From Spirochaetota bacterium (GTDB lineage Bacteria; Spirochaetota; UBA6919; CBDBPB01), in NCBI GenBank assembly GCA_965208615.1, contig CBDBPB010000004.1, positions 384,001 to 448,000 on the forward strand: a stretch of 64,000 nt of DNA, written 5' to 3'. The notes below the pieces were generated by a model. That model saw only the letters and a program-made list of their open reading frames with translations. It was not told the DNA's origin and ran no database searches. Shown here piece by piece: positions 1 to 10,606 of the stretch. Every line of letters starts with the position of its first letter. Position 1 is the first letter of the stretch. The translations under genes were made by a program, and so were the position numbers.

Positions 1-851
1 TGCAGGCTCAAAAAACTGGAAAGGTAGAACGAAAGAAAATTAATACTAAAAATATATTATTCGTAATGAGCGGTGCTTTTCAGGATATATCAGATATAAT
101 AAAAAAACGCCTTAATAGACAACCTCTAGGATTTAGCCCGACTAATAACAATAAAGAAAATACTCATAATGAAAACCTACTAAAATATGTAAATAGTAAT
201 GATCTCATAGAATACGGTTTTGAGTCCGAATTTGTAGGAAGACTCCCTGTCATAACTATACTAGACGATCTTAACGTAGAAAGCTTATACAAAATACTAA
301 ATAATCCCAAAAGCTCTGTTATACTAGTGAAAAAAAAAGAGACTTTGCCGCATATGGCATAAAAATAAACTTTGAATCTGATGCCCTTAAAAAAATCGCT
401 GGGCTTGCATTTAAAGAAAAAACTGGTGCAAGGGGTTTTAGTCAGTATTTGTGAAAAAGTACTAATTAAATTTGAAAAGTATTTACCATCAACATCTATC
501 AAAAATCTCGTTGTCAGTAAAAGGCTTAGTAGACTCTCCTAATGATGTATTAGCAGAAATACTAATAGAAGATGCCATTAATAAAATTAAAGAAGAATTT
601 ACTACTAAACATGGTATAACTCTTAACTTTACTGAAAACGCTATTAACCTAATTTTAGATAAATCCAAAAAACAAAATATAAACTCTTTTGATTTTTGCT
701 ACTCAATGCTAACAGACTACGAATACGGACTTAAGTTAATAGGAGAAAGTAGCTTTACTGTTACAGAAGATGTTGTTAACAATCATAGGAAGTTCCTTGG
801 ATAACTTAATTAAAAAAAGCCTATGAAAAAAGTCAGGCTAATAAAAGTTAA
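1..851 (+). CDS. ClpX-like AAA+ ATPase, C-terminal part (5' truncated by window edge, several frameshifts)
   Basis: Fragments read NILFVMSGAF, DLIEYGFESEFVGRLPVI and, after frame correction, KRDFAAYGIKINFESDALKKIA..KTGARGL (ClpX/HslU sensor region). A second small-domain-like extension follows (HGITLNFTENAINLI). Frame breaks at about 330-338 (A run), 435-440, 518-522 and 800-820. Confidence 0.7.
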
Positions 852-943
852 AACTACCATTAGCTAACTTAGTCTATTTAAAACCTTTATTGTATAACAG
901 TTTATAGAGTCTACTCATAGCTAAATAAAAAAACCTAACAACT

Positions 944-1735
944 TTATATATTATAGGATATTTTTTTTATCTCATTATAAACCAAAATAGGCGATGACTG
1001 TCTAAACTCAGCTATCTCTTTTAGTAGTTTAAATTCATTATCTGTCCAATATCTTTTTCTTACTGCCTCTGTTTCTCTTTCTCTTGTGTCTATAACATCT
1101 TTACCATTGTATTCTGAACTAATTCCTGTTAATGAAAAATAAGCAAAAGCAACTGGAATATACTTTGTAGATACCTTATATTTGACAATTGTTTTTACAA
1201 AAAAATCATAGTCCCCAGCAATCTTAAAAGACTCATCATATAAGCCGTATTTTAAAAATAACTCCCTTTTAATAAAGGAACTCGGATGAAAAATAGTTCT
1301 AATATATAAGTTAATATCATTAGTCTCTGTCCAAGCCTTAGCAAGAACTGGCTTCTTTATTACCCTATTATAAATATTACCTATACAATATAGGTCACCA
1401 TAAATAATATCTGCCGATAAACCCTTTGAAAATATTAGTTCTAATACCTTATCATCACATAAATAATCATCAGAATTTAAAAAGTACGTATACTCCCCAC
1501 TACTAAGGTTTATACCCTTATTCATAGCAGAGTAAATACCATTATCCTTCTCTGAGAGAGTAATATCAATTTTATCCCTATATTTATTAATAACATCCAT
1601 AGTTCCATCAGTGGATAAGCCATCAATAATTATATATTCATAGTCGGTAAATGTTTGATTTATTACGCTTAAAATTGACTTTTCAATCCAGTTTACAGAA
1701 TTAAGGCAAACTGTAATAATACTTAACTTTTTCAT
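944..1735 (-). CDS. Family 2 glycosyltransferase (WcaE/WfgS-like)
   Basis: SIITVCLN, IIIDGLSTDGT, SEKDNGIYSAMNKG, FLNSDD, HPSSFIKRELF, YDESFKIAGDYDF; lies downstream of gmd-fcl. Confidence 0.9.
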   Translation of the reverse strand: MKKLSIITVCLNSVNWIEKSILSVINQTFTDYEYIIIDGLSTDGTMDVINKYRDKIDITLSEKDNGIYSAMNKGINLSSGEYTYFLNSDDYLCDDKVLELIFSKGLSADIIYGDLYCIGNIYNRVIKKPVLAKAWTETNDINLYIRTIFHPSSFIKRELFLKYGLYDESFKIAGDYDFFVKTIVKYKVSTKYIPVAFAYFSLTGISSEYNGKDVIDTRERETEAVRKRYWTDNEFKLLKEIAEFRQSSPILVYNEIKKISYNI

Positions 1736-1753
1736 TATATATCTACTTAAAAT

Positions 1754-2699
1754 CTAGCACCTTTTATAATTATCTATAAACCATCTATAAGTTGACTCTA
1801 TACCCTTAATCAAGGATATTTTATATTTCCATCCAAGCTTGGAAAGCCTTGATACATCTAAAAGTTTTTGTTTAGTCCCGTCAGGCTTTGTTTTATCCCA
1901 AATTATATTACCTTTATAATCGACAATACCTTTAATTATCTCGGCCAATTCTTTAATAGACAGCTCCTTACCAGTTCCGATATTACAAAATATATTACCT
2001 TTTTCATTATCATCATCATTAGGATTAAAGCTGTCCATCAAATATAAGCAAGCATCAGCCATGTCATCAACGTGGAGGAACTCCCGCATTGGGCTACCAC
2101 TACCCCATAGCGTAATATTATCCAAATTATTGATCTTTGCATCGTGAAACTTTCTTATAAGAGCTGGAATAACGTGAGAACTTTCTAAATTAAAATTATC
2201 ATTAGGGCCATAAAGATTAGTAGCGCATACATGCAATAAAATTAGTACTATACTGCCTATTAAAGCTCTGACACATTTTAATACCCGCAATTTTAGCTAT
2301 GGCATAAGGCTCATTGCTAGGCTCTAATGGAGCAGTTAATAAATAGTTTTCTTTCATTGGCTGAGAACACTCTTTGGGATAAATACACGAAGAACCTAAA
2401 AATAATAACTTCTTAACCCCAACCCTATATGACCAATAAATAATATTATTTTGTATTTGTAGATTCTCATAAATAAAGTCAGCAGGATAAGTATTATTAG
2501 CCATTATACCACCAACCTTAGCCGCGGCTAAATATACATATTCAGGTTTATTATTTTTAAAAAAGCATTCAACGTCTTTTTGATTGGTTAAATCCAGCTC
2601 ATTATGTGTTCTATAAATAACATCAGTACATCCTAAGGCGTTTAGCCTTCTTAAAATAGCAGAGCCAACTAAACCCTTATGTCCTGCTATATAAATCAT
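1754..2699 (-). CDS. fcl: GDP-L-fucose synthase (one +1 frameshift near 2224)
   Basis: [31 protein letters not shown] and YAIAKIAG in the first ORF; [22 protein letters not shown] and [10 protein letters not shown] in the second. Removing one base (atg cGct act to atg cct act) restores ACMPTNLYG. Confidence 0.93.
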
Positions 2700-3730
2700 T
2701 TACCCAACTTACAATAAGTATAGTCTGACTCAACCATAAGCTTAACAAGCTCTTTAAATTTCACTTTAGGCTCCCATCCCAAAAGCTTTTTAGCCTTAGT
2801 ATAATCACCTATTAGACAGTCCACCTCTGCAGGCCTAAAATAATTAGGATCAATTTTAATAATGGTTTTATTAGTTTTTCTATCCACACCTTTCTCATGA
2901 ATGCCTTTTCCATGCCATGCTATATCAAAATCAAGGTGACGGCAAACCTCTTCAACAAACTCTCTTACGCTATGAGTCTCACCAGTAGCCAAAACGAAAT
3001 CATCAGCACTATCATGTTGTAATATTTTCCACATACCATAAACATAATCCATAGCATAGCCCCAATCCCTTTTTGCATCAAGGTTTCCAAGGTGTAAGCA
3101 GTTATCAATACCTAGTTTTATACGGCTTAAGCCCATAGTAATTTTTTTAGTAACAAACGTCCTTCCACGCCTTGGGGACTCATGATTAAAAAGTATGCCA
3201 TTACTAGCAAAGATATTATAGCTTTCACGGTAATTTTTAGTAATATAAAACGAGAAAGCTTTTGCACAGGCATAAGGACTCCTTGGATTAAAAGGGGTAT
3301 TTTCTTTTTGAGGAGTCTCTAAAACTTCACCAAACAACTCCGACGACGATGCCTGATAGTATTTTGTTTTCATCCCTGTATCTTTAATGGCATCCAATAA
3401 TCTCAAAGCTCCTATTCCAACAACGTCAGAGGTATATTCAGGCAGTTTAAAGCTTACTGCAACATGGGATTGAGCCGCTAAATTATATATTTCATCAGGA
3501 TTTATACGTTCTAACAATCTGGATAGGTTTGAGCTATCCGTTAAGTCAGAATAGTGTAGAAATAGTGTTCTACCATTAATATGGGGATCTTGATAAAGGT
3601 GATCTATCCTATAAGTGTTAAAGTTAGAAGCAGGCCTAACAGTACCATGTACCTCATAGTCTTTTTTCAGCAGGAACTCTGCTAAATAAGAGCCATCTTG
3701 ACCAGTGATACCAGTAATAAGCGCTTTCAT
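2696..3730 (-). CDS. gmd: GDP-mannose 4,6-dehydratase
   Basis: [70 protein letters not shown]. Confidence 0.98.
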   Translation of the reverse strand: MKALITGITGQDGSYLAEFLLKKDYEVHGTVRPASNFNTYRIDHLYQDPHINGRTLFLHYSDLTDSSNLSRLLERINPDEIYNLAAQSHVAVSFKLPEYTSDVVGIGALRLLDAIKDTGMKTKYYQASSSELFGEVLETPQKENTPFNPRSPYACAKAFSFYITKNYRESYNIFASNGILFNHESPRRGRTFVTKKITMGLSRIKLGIDNCLHLGNLDAKRDWGYAMDYVYGMWKILQHDSADDFVLATGETHSVREFVEEVCRHLDFDIAWHGKGIHEKGVDRKTNKTIIKIDPNYFRPAEVDCLIGDYTKAKKLLGWEPKVKFKELVKLMVESDYTYCKLGK

Positions 3731-3743
3731 AGGTTATATAATA

Positions 3744-4067
3744 TTATAAATAAGCTTTTATTTTATCTTCAAAATGAGCTTTTGGCAAGGCACCTACTAC
3801 CTTATCCACGATTTCTCCATTTTTATAAAAGTAAAGGGTAGGTATACTATTTATGCCATAAGTTCCAGGAGTTTTAGGATTTTCATCTACATTTAGCTTA
3901 GTAATTTTAATTTTATCCCCGTACTCATTAGCCAGTTCTTCCAGAATAGGGGCAATCATCCTACACGGGGCACACCATTCAGCCCAAAAGTCAACTATAG
4001 TCAGCTTATCGGATTTTATTACTTCATTTTCGAAAGCATCATCTGAAATTTTAACAATATTTCCCAT
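3744..4067 (-). CDS. trxA: Thioredoxin
   Basis: VDFWAEWCAPCRMIAP active site; 107 aa. Confidence 0.97.
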   Translation of the reverse strand: MGNIVKISDDAFENEVIKSDKLTIVDFWAEWCAPCRMIAPILEELANEYGDKIKITKLNVDENPKTPGTYGINSIPTLYFYKNGEIVDKVVGALPKAHFEDKIKAYL

Positions 4068-4145
4068 CTATACACCGCCTAATATTTAATTAAATAATTT
4101 ATCTTAGTTATTATACTACATAAAAATATACTGTAACAGTTTGAA

Positions 4146-4174
4146 AAAGTATTAAAAATACGTATTATAGTCAA
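4146..4174 (-). promoter_or_regulatory. Putative sigma70 promoter for the trxA-gmd-fcl-GT2 unit
   Basis: Minus strand TTGACT (4174-4169), 17 bp spacer, TACTTT (4151-4146), about 80 bp upstream of the trxA start. Such matches are common in AT-rich DNA. Confidence 0.4.
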
Positions 4175-4227
4175 CTTTTTTAATAAAAATTGTGAACAAA
4201 ATAAAAAAAATAGTGAATACCTTTCCA

Positions 4228-4520
4228 AAGGAGGTATTAAGAAATGTTTTAGTAGTTTATTGTTACTAATTGTTTTAGTAGTGTAGCTCAAAAGTATTAT
4301 AAGGTAGTTTATCTATCTAAAGCTTAAAAAATAGAGATTATGAAGTTATAGAAAGTGTTTTGATGAAAGTTAAAAAGGCAGTGAAAGAGGTTTTTGACAA
4401 TGGGGATAGATATAAACATGTAGGTTTAGGTTTTGAGTCAGACGAGTAAGTATATTTATTTTTTTTTGTTAATGTTAAGGGGATATTATTTAATAATTCA
4501 GTTATCATTTTATGATAGAT
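4228..4520 (+). pseudogene. Probable decayed gene remnant
   Basis: AAGGAGGT ribosome-binding site, then a hydrophobic signal-like stretch (KKCFSSLLLLIVLVV*) and a coding-like segment (DYEVIESVLMKVKKAVKEVFDNGDRYKHVGLGFESDE*) broken by stops, inside a 1.1 kb gap. Confidence 0.35.
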
Positions 4521-5179
4521 TTATGACAAAGTCTACAAGGTAAAAAGCAAGACATATAACGTAAAGGCAGATAGATTTTAGATTTCTTTATGGAACAGGA
4601 AAGTTAAGATATTTATGGAAAAGCTATTTTCTTGTCTCAAGCAGGTTATCCCGCTATGCTTTTTAAGTACTGCTTAAATACTTCAGCAATGAACACAAAA
4701 TATCACTTTTTATGCAAGTAGTCATCACTACGAGAGCTATTAAGAATCCCTTACTGAGACTAAGAATTATAGACCTTTATTAAGTGATAACGGATTTACC
4801 TTTCCACAAAGGCTTAGAGCAGATTATTTAAATATCACATATTGACTTTATATGTAAAGCCTCAAAAAGTATAGCTAATCCTATATGAGTAAATAACAAA
4901 TAAAAAAATAATCCACTAAAACCTTCACTAACAAAATGCCTGATAAAACGTTTGTTAACGGTTTGTTATAAAGGCGTTCTATCAGTATACATTAAAATTC
5001 ATATACCAAATCAGTATTAAAAAAACTTGATGACAATATCCAATAGAATATTTGCTAACAAATTACAACAAAACCTTTTTTACCCTATCAAAGCTTATTA
5101 TTAAAAATTACTTTTAGTTTTAACTATAATTCTCCGACAAATCAAATTAATAATACAATAAGCAGTTCTAGGAGGAATA

Positions 5180-6034
5180 ATGGTAAGGGGTTTATATACC
5201 GGCGTTAGCGGAATGTTAGGTCAGTGGCATAAAATGAATGTTGTATCAAATAATCTGGCTAATATCAATACCACCGGCTTTAAACGTAATGAAACCATCT
5301 TTAAAGCATTCCCAGAAATGCTGATTAGACGCATAAACGATAACGGAGTAGTAAAAATACCAATAGGCTCATACGATGTTGCCCCTATTGTAGGTAAACT
5401 CGGTACTGGAGTTGAGTTAAACGAAATTATTACCAGACATGATCAAGGCTCAATAAGACAAACCAATAATGACTTTGACCTTGCCTTCTCTGGCAAAGGA
5501 TATTTCGTCATCAAAACCGATAACGGTGAAAAATATACAAGAAATGGAAGCTTTATAATAGATAGAAATGGCTTTTTAACCACCAAAGAAGGATTTAAAG
5601 TACAAGGCGAAAAAGGCGATATAAGAATTAAAACTAATAACTTTAAAGTTAATGAATTTGGAGAAATAATAGAAAATGCCGATTACCCATCCAAAGACCT
5701 AGGATTATTCGTTGATAAAAACGATAATGAGTGGTTATTTCCTCAAGTAGTCGATAAACTGAAAATAGTAAACTTCTACGACGAAAGACAACTAAATAAA
5801 CAGGGTAATAGCTATTATACTGCAACTCGTCATTCCGGTGAAGCAGAAATAAAAGAAATTGGCGAAGGTAGACCAAATGTATTACAAGGATTTATTGAAG
5901 GCTCTAACGTAAACCCTGTCAATGAAATGGTAAGAATGATCGAAGTGCAGAGAAGCTATGAAGCAAATCAAAAGGTCGTTACCGCTAATGATCAACTCTT
6001 AGGTAAAGCTGTAAACGAACTTCCAAGAATATAA
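5180..6034 (+). CDS. flgF: Flagellar basal-body rod protein FlgF/FlhO type
   Basis: MVRGLYTGVSGM, SNNLANINTTGFK, YTRNGSF, QGFIEGSNVNPVNEMVRMIEVQRSYEANQK; GGAGG RBS upstream; directly precedes flgG. Confidence 0.88.
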   Translation: MVRGLYTGVSGMLGQWHKMNVVSNNLANINTTGFKRNETIFKAFPEMLIRRINDNGVVKIPIGSYDVAPIVGKLGTGVELNEIITRHDQGSIRQTNNDFDLAFSGKGYFVIKTDNGEKYTRNGSFIIDRNGFLTTKEGFKVQGEKGDIRIKTNNFKVNEFGEIIENADYPSKDLGLFVDKNDNEWLFPQVVDKLKIVNFYDERQLNKQGNSYYTATRHSGEAEIKEIGEGRPNVLQGFIEGSNVNPVNEMVRMIEVQRSYEANQKVVTANDQLLGKAVNELPRI

Positions 6035-6055
6035 TAAAACGGAGGCTTAATAATT

Positions 6056-6859
6056 ATGATAAGATCACTATGGACTTCTGCCAGCGGTATGACAGCTCAA
6101 CAGCTTAATATCGATACTATATCAAATAACCTGTCAAACGTGAATACCACTGGATATAAAAAAGTAAGAGCCGATTTTGAAGACTTGATTTATCAAAATC
6201 TACGCCTGCCTGGTACACCCTCATCCATTAATACCGAGTATCCAACTGGTGTGCAAGTAGGCCTTGGTGTGAAACCTGCCTCTACTCAAAAATTATTCTC
6301 TCAGGGTACACCACAAAGAACCGAAAATAAACTCGATATTGCTATCTTCGGCGAGGGATTTGTTAAAGTAAGACTAAATGATGGTACTTTTGCATATACA
6401 AGAAATGGCTCCCTAAAAATAGATAGTAATGGTGATATAGTAACCTCTGATGGCTATTATATAGAGCCTCCACTAAGATTTGATTTGGACGTTTTACAGA
6501 ATAGCATTAATATATCAGAAAATGGAATGGTTAGCTATAAAACTGGTAGTATGCCTCCTGATGGACAAGCTAAAATAGCCGGAGAGCTTAAACTATATAG
6601 ATTCGTTAATCCAGCTGGACTAAAAAGTATTGGTAAAAACCTACTAAAAGAGTCTAGTGCAAGTGGACAAGAATTTGAAGGAATACCCGGTGAACAAGGC
6701 TTTGGTAAAGTACAACAGGGTTTTCTTGAGATGTCAAATGTGCAGATAGTAGAAGAAATGGTAAACATGATAGTTGCTCAAAGAGCCTATGAGTTCAATT
6801 CAAAGGCTATTCAAACGTCGGATTCTATGCTAGGTACTGCTGTTGCACTAAAGCGATAG
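6056..6859 (+). CDS. flgG: Flagellar distal rod protein FlgG
   Basis: MIRSLWTSASGMTAQQLNIDTISNNLSNVNTTGYKK, FEDLIYQ, QVGLGV, LEMSNVQIVEEMVNMIVAQRAYEFNSKAIQTSDSML. Confidence 0.97.
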   Translation: MIRSLWTSASGMTAQQLNIDTISNNLSNVNTTGYKKVRADFEDLIYQNLRLPGTPSSINTEYPTGVQVGLGVKPASTQKLFSQGTPQRTENKLDIAIFGEGFVKVRLNDGTFAYTRNGSLKIDSNGDIVTSDGYYIEPPLRFDLDVLQNSINISENGMVSYKTGSMPPDGQAKIAGELKLYRFVNPAGLKSIGKNLLKESSASGQEFEGIPGEQGFGKVQQGFLEMSNVQIVEEMVNMIVAQRAYEFNSKAIQTSDSMLGTAVALKR

Positions 6860-6963
6860 AAAAGGCCTTTAACCATACATAAATATAATCTGTATAGATA
6901 AACATAAGAACGCTATTAAAAATGTAAAGCTATACCCAAATTAAAAGTTTAACGGTATGTATA

Positions 6964-7353
6964 ATGATCTCAATTAGTGATAAAATTCAATTAACTAATA
7001 ATAATATATCCACCTATAAAACTAAAGAAAAAATTAACAATATAAAAAACTTTGCTGATACGCTGAATAATGAAAAAGCTAAAATTAACAGCATTAATAA
7101 AACTAATCCTAATATCGATAAAAAGCTTATGAGTGTATGTTTAGAGTTTGAATCCATTTTAGTGAATCAAATGTTTAAGACTATGAGAAAAACTATTAAC
7201 AAGGATAAATCCCTTTTTAATGGCGGTCAAGCAGAAAAGATATTTGAGGATATGCTCTATGATAAATACTCCTTGCAAACTGTAAAAAATGCTGACTTTG
7301 GACTGGCTAAACAAATTTATAACCAATTAATAATAAAGTCCAACAATAAATAA
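6964..7353 (+). CDS. flgJ: FlgJ, rod-binding domain only (no muramidase domain)
   Basis: KLMSVCLEFESILVNQMFKTMRKT..GGQAEKIFEDMLYDKYS..FGLAKQIYNQL, a Rod-binding domain pattern. Confidence 0.88.
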   Translation: MISISDKIQLTNNNISTYKTKEKINNIKNFADTLNNEKAKINSINKTNPNIDKKLMSVCLEFESILVNQMFKTMRKTINKDKSLFNGGQAEKIFEDMLYDKYSLQTVKNADFGLAKQIYNQLIIKSNNK

Positions 7354-7509
7354 CTAAATATACTAATATGTCTGTCTTATAGCTTTAGGCCCTTTATGCT
7401 AAGTTATCTTTTTTCAAATAGATAAAATAGCTTAAAAAAATATGCTTATCTTTATAAAAATAACTGCCAACTTTATTATATATCTTACCTATGTTATAAG
7501 GGTTTATAA

Positions 7510-8427
7510 GTGGATAAAATATATAAATTTATCGTCTCTGATAAAAGTATCGGACAAAGAATTGATATATACCTAGATAAGCAGTTAAATATAATAACTA
7601 AAGGGAGTTCTAGGTCATTTGTACAAAAGTATTTTGATAGAGTATTAATTAATAGTAAAGTCAAAAAGAAAAACTACAAAATTAAGCCTAATGATATTAT
7701 CGAATTTAGCTTTCCTGAACCAGAACCTATTAACATAATACCTGAGAATATAGACTTTGAAACCGTATACGAAGATAATGATATTATAGTTGTTAATAAA
7801 CCTCCTGGATTAGTTGTACATCCTGCTAAAGGTAATAATACAGGTACTCTTTTGCACGGTATAATAGGTAAACTAAGGGGATTTGATCAAAATATTAGTT
7901 CTAGACCAGGAATTGTCCACAGACTCGATAAGGATACATCTGGATTAATGGTTATAGCAAAAAATATATATAGTCAAAGAGCTCTCGTTGAACTCTTTAA
8001 AAATAGAATGGTAGAAAAAAAGTACCATGCCCTTGTTAGAGGACTAACTCAACAAAATGGTAAAATTAACTCCCCTATTAAACGTCATAATATTTATAGA
8101 AAGAAGTTTACAGTATCAAACTCTGGTAAGCCCTCTTTAACATATTATAATGCAGTTAAATATTATTCTAAACATACCCTTTTAGAGGTAAAAATAGTTA
8201 CCGGCCGAACTCATCAAATTAGAGTTCATCTTACATCCATTGGATACCCAATAGTAGGGGATATAATCTATTCTAAACCAAAAAATGACTTTGAAAAAAC
8301 CTGTATGGCTCTTTGTGCAAAAGAGCTTTGTTTTAATCATCCAATAACAAATAAAAAAATGAGCTTTCAAATAGACCTTCCGCTTTTTTTTAAAAAAATG
8401 CTAAATGAACTAACAAATATTGAGTGA
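7510..8427 (+). CDS. rluD: RluA/RluD-family pseudouridine synthase with N-terminal S4 domain
   Basis: GQRIDIYL, VVNKPPGLVVHPA, RPGIVHRLDKDTSGLMV, TGRTHQIRVHL, PIVGD. Confidence 0.92.
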   Translation: MDKIYKFIVSDKSIGQRIDIYLDKQLNIITKGSSRSFVQKYFDRVLINSKVKKKNYKIKPNDIIEFSFPEPEPINIIPENIDFETVYEDNDIIVVNKPPGLVVHPAKGNNTGTLLHGIIGKLRGFDQNISSRPGIVHRLDKDTSGLMVIAKNIYSQRALVELFKNRMVEKKYHALVRGLTQQNGKINSPIKRHNIYRKKFTVSNSGKPSLTYYNAVKYYSKHTLLEVKIVTGRTHQIRVHLTSIGYPIVGDIIYSKPKNDFEKTCMALCAKELCFNHPITNKKMSFQIDLPLFFKKMLNELTNIE

Positions 8428-8487
8428 TTTTTAAAAAAGTCGATTTATGATTATATTAAGCTAATAAGCATTATAAAAAGGTGTTGT

Positions 8488-10404
8488 ATGAAAAAAATAA
8501 TAGTTATTACAATTTTACTTATTTTAGCTCCTTTTAACCTTACAAACCCAAGCTTTAATAAAAATAATAAAACAGTATATAGCAGGTCTAATGCAAAAAT
8601 AGGCAGTGCTAAAAAACGATATAAAAGCTCCATAGGAATAATGAAGCTTTCCCAAATTAAAAGAGGTATGAAAGGATATGGTATAACAGTATTTAAAGGA
8701 CTTAAGCGTCAACGGTTTAATGTAAAAATTATCGGCATAATAAAAAATGAAAGTCCAAAAGGTAGCTTAATCTTAGCACGCTTTTCAGGCGGACCAATAA
8801 ATAAAGCCGGTGTAATCGCCGGGATGAGCGGTAGTCCTGTATACATTAAAAATAAGCTTATTGGTGCAGTATCCCACACATTCCCTAGTACCCTTGAGCC
8901 TATTGGTGCTATTAGACCAATTAATCAAATGTTAAAAATACTAACTTCTAAACAATATAATACGTCAAATAGGGCAATTAAATTCATCCCCCTTGAAACA
9001 ACACTAAGAAAAAAAATAGAAAGCTTAGACTCAGACTACTTTAGCAACTCTGATAAACCTAAAAACTTTAACTATACAACTAAATCTGGCAAAAAAGCTA
9101 AACTTATACCAATTAAAACTCCAATCTTTTTTAGCGGTATAGATAACCAAATCCTAGAACAAATGAGACCAGAAATGGAATCCTATGGATTAATCCCCAT
9201 AAACAGCGGTATTAGTGGTAAAGTTAAAGCAAATAAAAGAATATTAAGAACTCTAAAACCAGGGGATGCCGTTGGTATAACCTTAATTAGCGGGGATATG
9301 ATAGCTTCTCCAGTTGGTACTGTTACATATAAAAAAGGCAATAAAGTACTTATTTTCGGACATCCCTCTTTTTTTAAGGGTCCAATTAGTATGCCCATGA
9401 GTAGACAGTATATCCATACTGTTATTCCAACACGACGTATCTCTTTTAAGCTGTCTTCGTTTTTGTTTAACGTTGGACGAGTGTTTGAGGATAGAAGTGC
9501 TGGTGTAGCTGGTGAGCTTGGTATATTTGCTAAGGTTATCCCTGTTAACGTTGTATTACGGCATAGAAAACGTAAAGAGGTGTTTAACTACAAAATTGTA
9601 AAAGATAATATATTTTTCCCTAATCTCTTAGCGGCTGCAATCACACAGTCAGTATATAACTTAACTAATAAAGTGGGACATAATAGCATTAAATTTCGCT
9701 TTAACATAAAAGTTAAAAACCTTAAAACTAATACCATTAATACAATTACCACTAATGATCTCCTTACTGGTAATACTAGCAATAAAAACCTACTACAAGG
9801 ACTCCTTCAGCTAACCCTGCCACTACAAGCTATTATGTTTAATCCTTATGTTAAAACTGAAATACTAAGTGTTAAAGCCAATATAGAAGTAGTTGAAGGC
9901 TGGAAGGCATGCGAAATACTTAACATAAATATACTAAAAAATAAGATTAGGCCTGGTGATAAAATACCAGTATTAGTAACCCTAAGAAATTATAAAGGAT
10001 ATAAGTTTTATAAAAAACTGTTTATTAATGTGCCAACTAACCTTAATAATAATGTTGCTATTCTTGGAGTAGGTAGTGCAAAAAGTGAACTATCCTTGGA
10101 TAAAGCTATATCCATTGCCAAATATACTCCCAAAAACTATAAGCATTTAATTAAAATACTTAATCGTAATGATAGATTCAATGATCTGGCTATATGGCTT
10201 GACCTTCCACAAAGAGGACTAATCATAGAAGGTAAAGAACATCCTAATCTACCATCATCTATGCTATCCATTATGAAAAACGCTAAGGAACAAAAAACTC
10301 ATGGCATTTTTAATAGAATAACTAAGTATTATAGATCAAACTACTTAATTTATGGAGTCAAGGTTAAACGAATAAATATTGACCTAACTAATATAAATAA
10401 ATAA
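8488..10404 (+). CDS. Secreted SpoIVB-like (peptidase S55) serine protease
   Basis: Signal peptide; GMKGYGITVFKG, GVIAGMSGSPVY..LIGAVS and GTVTY..VLIFGHP motifs. Confidence 0.85.
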   Translation: MKKIIVITILLILAPFNLTNPSFNKNNKTVYSRSNAKIGSAKKRYKSSIGIMKLSQIKRGMKGYGITVFKGLKRQRFNVKIIGIIKNESPKGSLILARFSGGPINKAGVIAGMSGSPVYIKNKLIGAVSHTFPSTLEPIGAIRPINQMLKILTSKQYNTSNRAIKFIPLETTLRKKIESLDSDYFSNSDKPKNFNYTTKSGKKAKLIPIKTPIFFSGIDNQILEQMRPEMESYGLIPINSGISGKVKANKRILRTLKPGDAVGITLISGDMIASPVGTVTYKKGNKVLIFGHPSFFKGPISMPMSRQYIHTVIPTRRISFKLSSFLFNVGRVFEDRSAGVAGELGIFAKVIPVNVVLRHRKRKEVFNYKIVKDNIFFPNLLAAAITQSVYNLTNKVGHNSIKFRFNIKVKNLKTNTINTITTNDLLTGNTSNKNLLQGLLQLTLPLQAIMFNPYVKTEILSVKANIEVVEGWKACEILNINILKNKIRPGDKIPVLVTLRNYKGYKFYKKLFINVPTNLNNNVAILGVGSAKSELSLDKAISIAKYTPKNYKHLIKILNRNDRFNDLAIWLDLPQRGLIIEGKEHPNLPSSMLSIMKNAKEQKTHGIFNRITKYYRSNYLIYGVKVKRINIDLTNINK

Positions 10405-10606
10405 TATTAAAATAGCTCTAATTGTTGTGTTATAAATACCATCCCTTGATTATATAAATAAATGTTACGATATGGTATATTAAATTTGTTAACTACTATA
10501 ACGATAATTATATTTTAAAATATTATTTATATAAAGCGGGTAATTTTTAATAACACTATGTTAAAACATCTAAAACTAGATAAGATATAATGTTAAGGGT
10601 AATCTA

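Noticed and set aside
330-338. Programmed frameshift or phase variation at the poly-A run in the ClpX-like gene
   Set aside because: Several other insertions occur in the same gene and nearby, some outside homopolymers, so sequencing error is the simpler explanation.
4079-4291. 70-aa minus-strand ORF upstream of trxA
   Set aside because: Low-complexity translation of AT-rich DNA that spans the putative trxA promoter; no RBS or motif.
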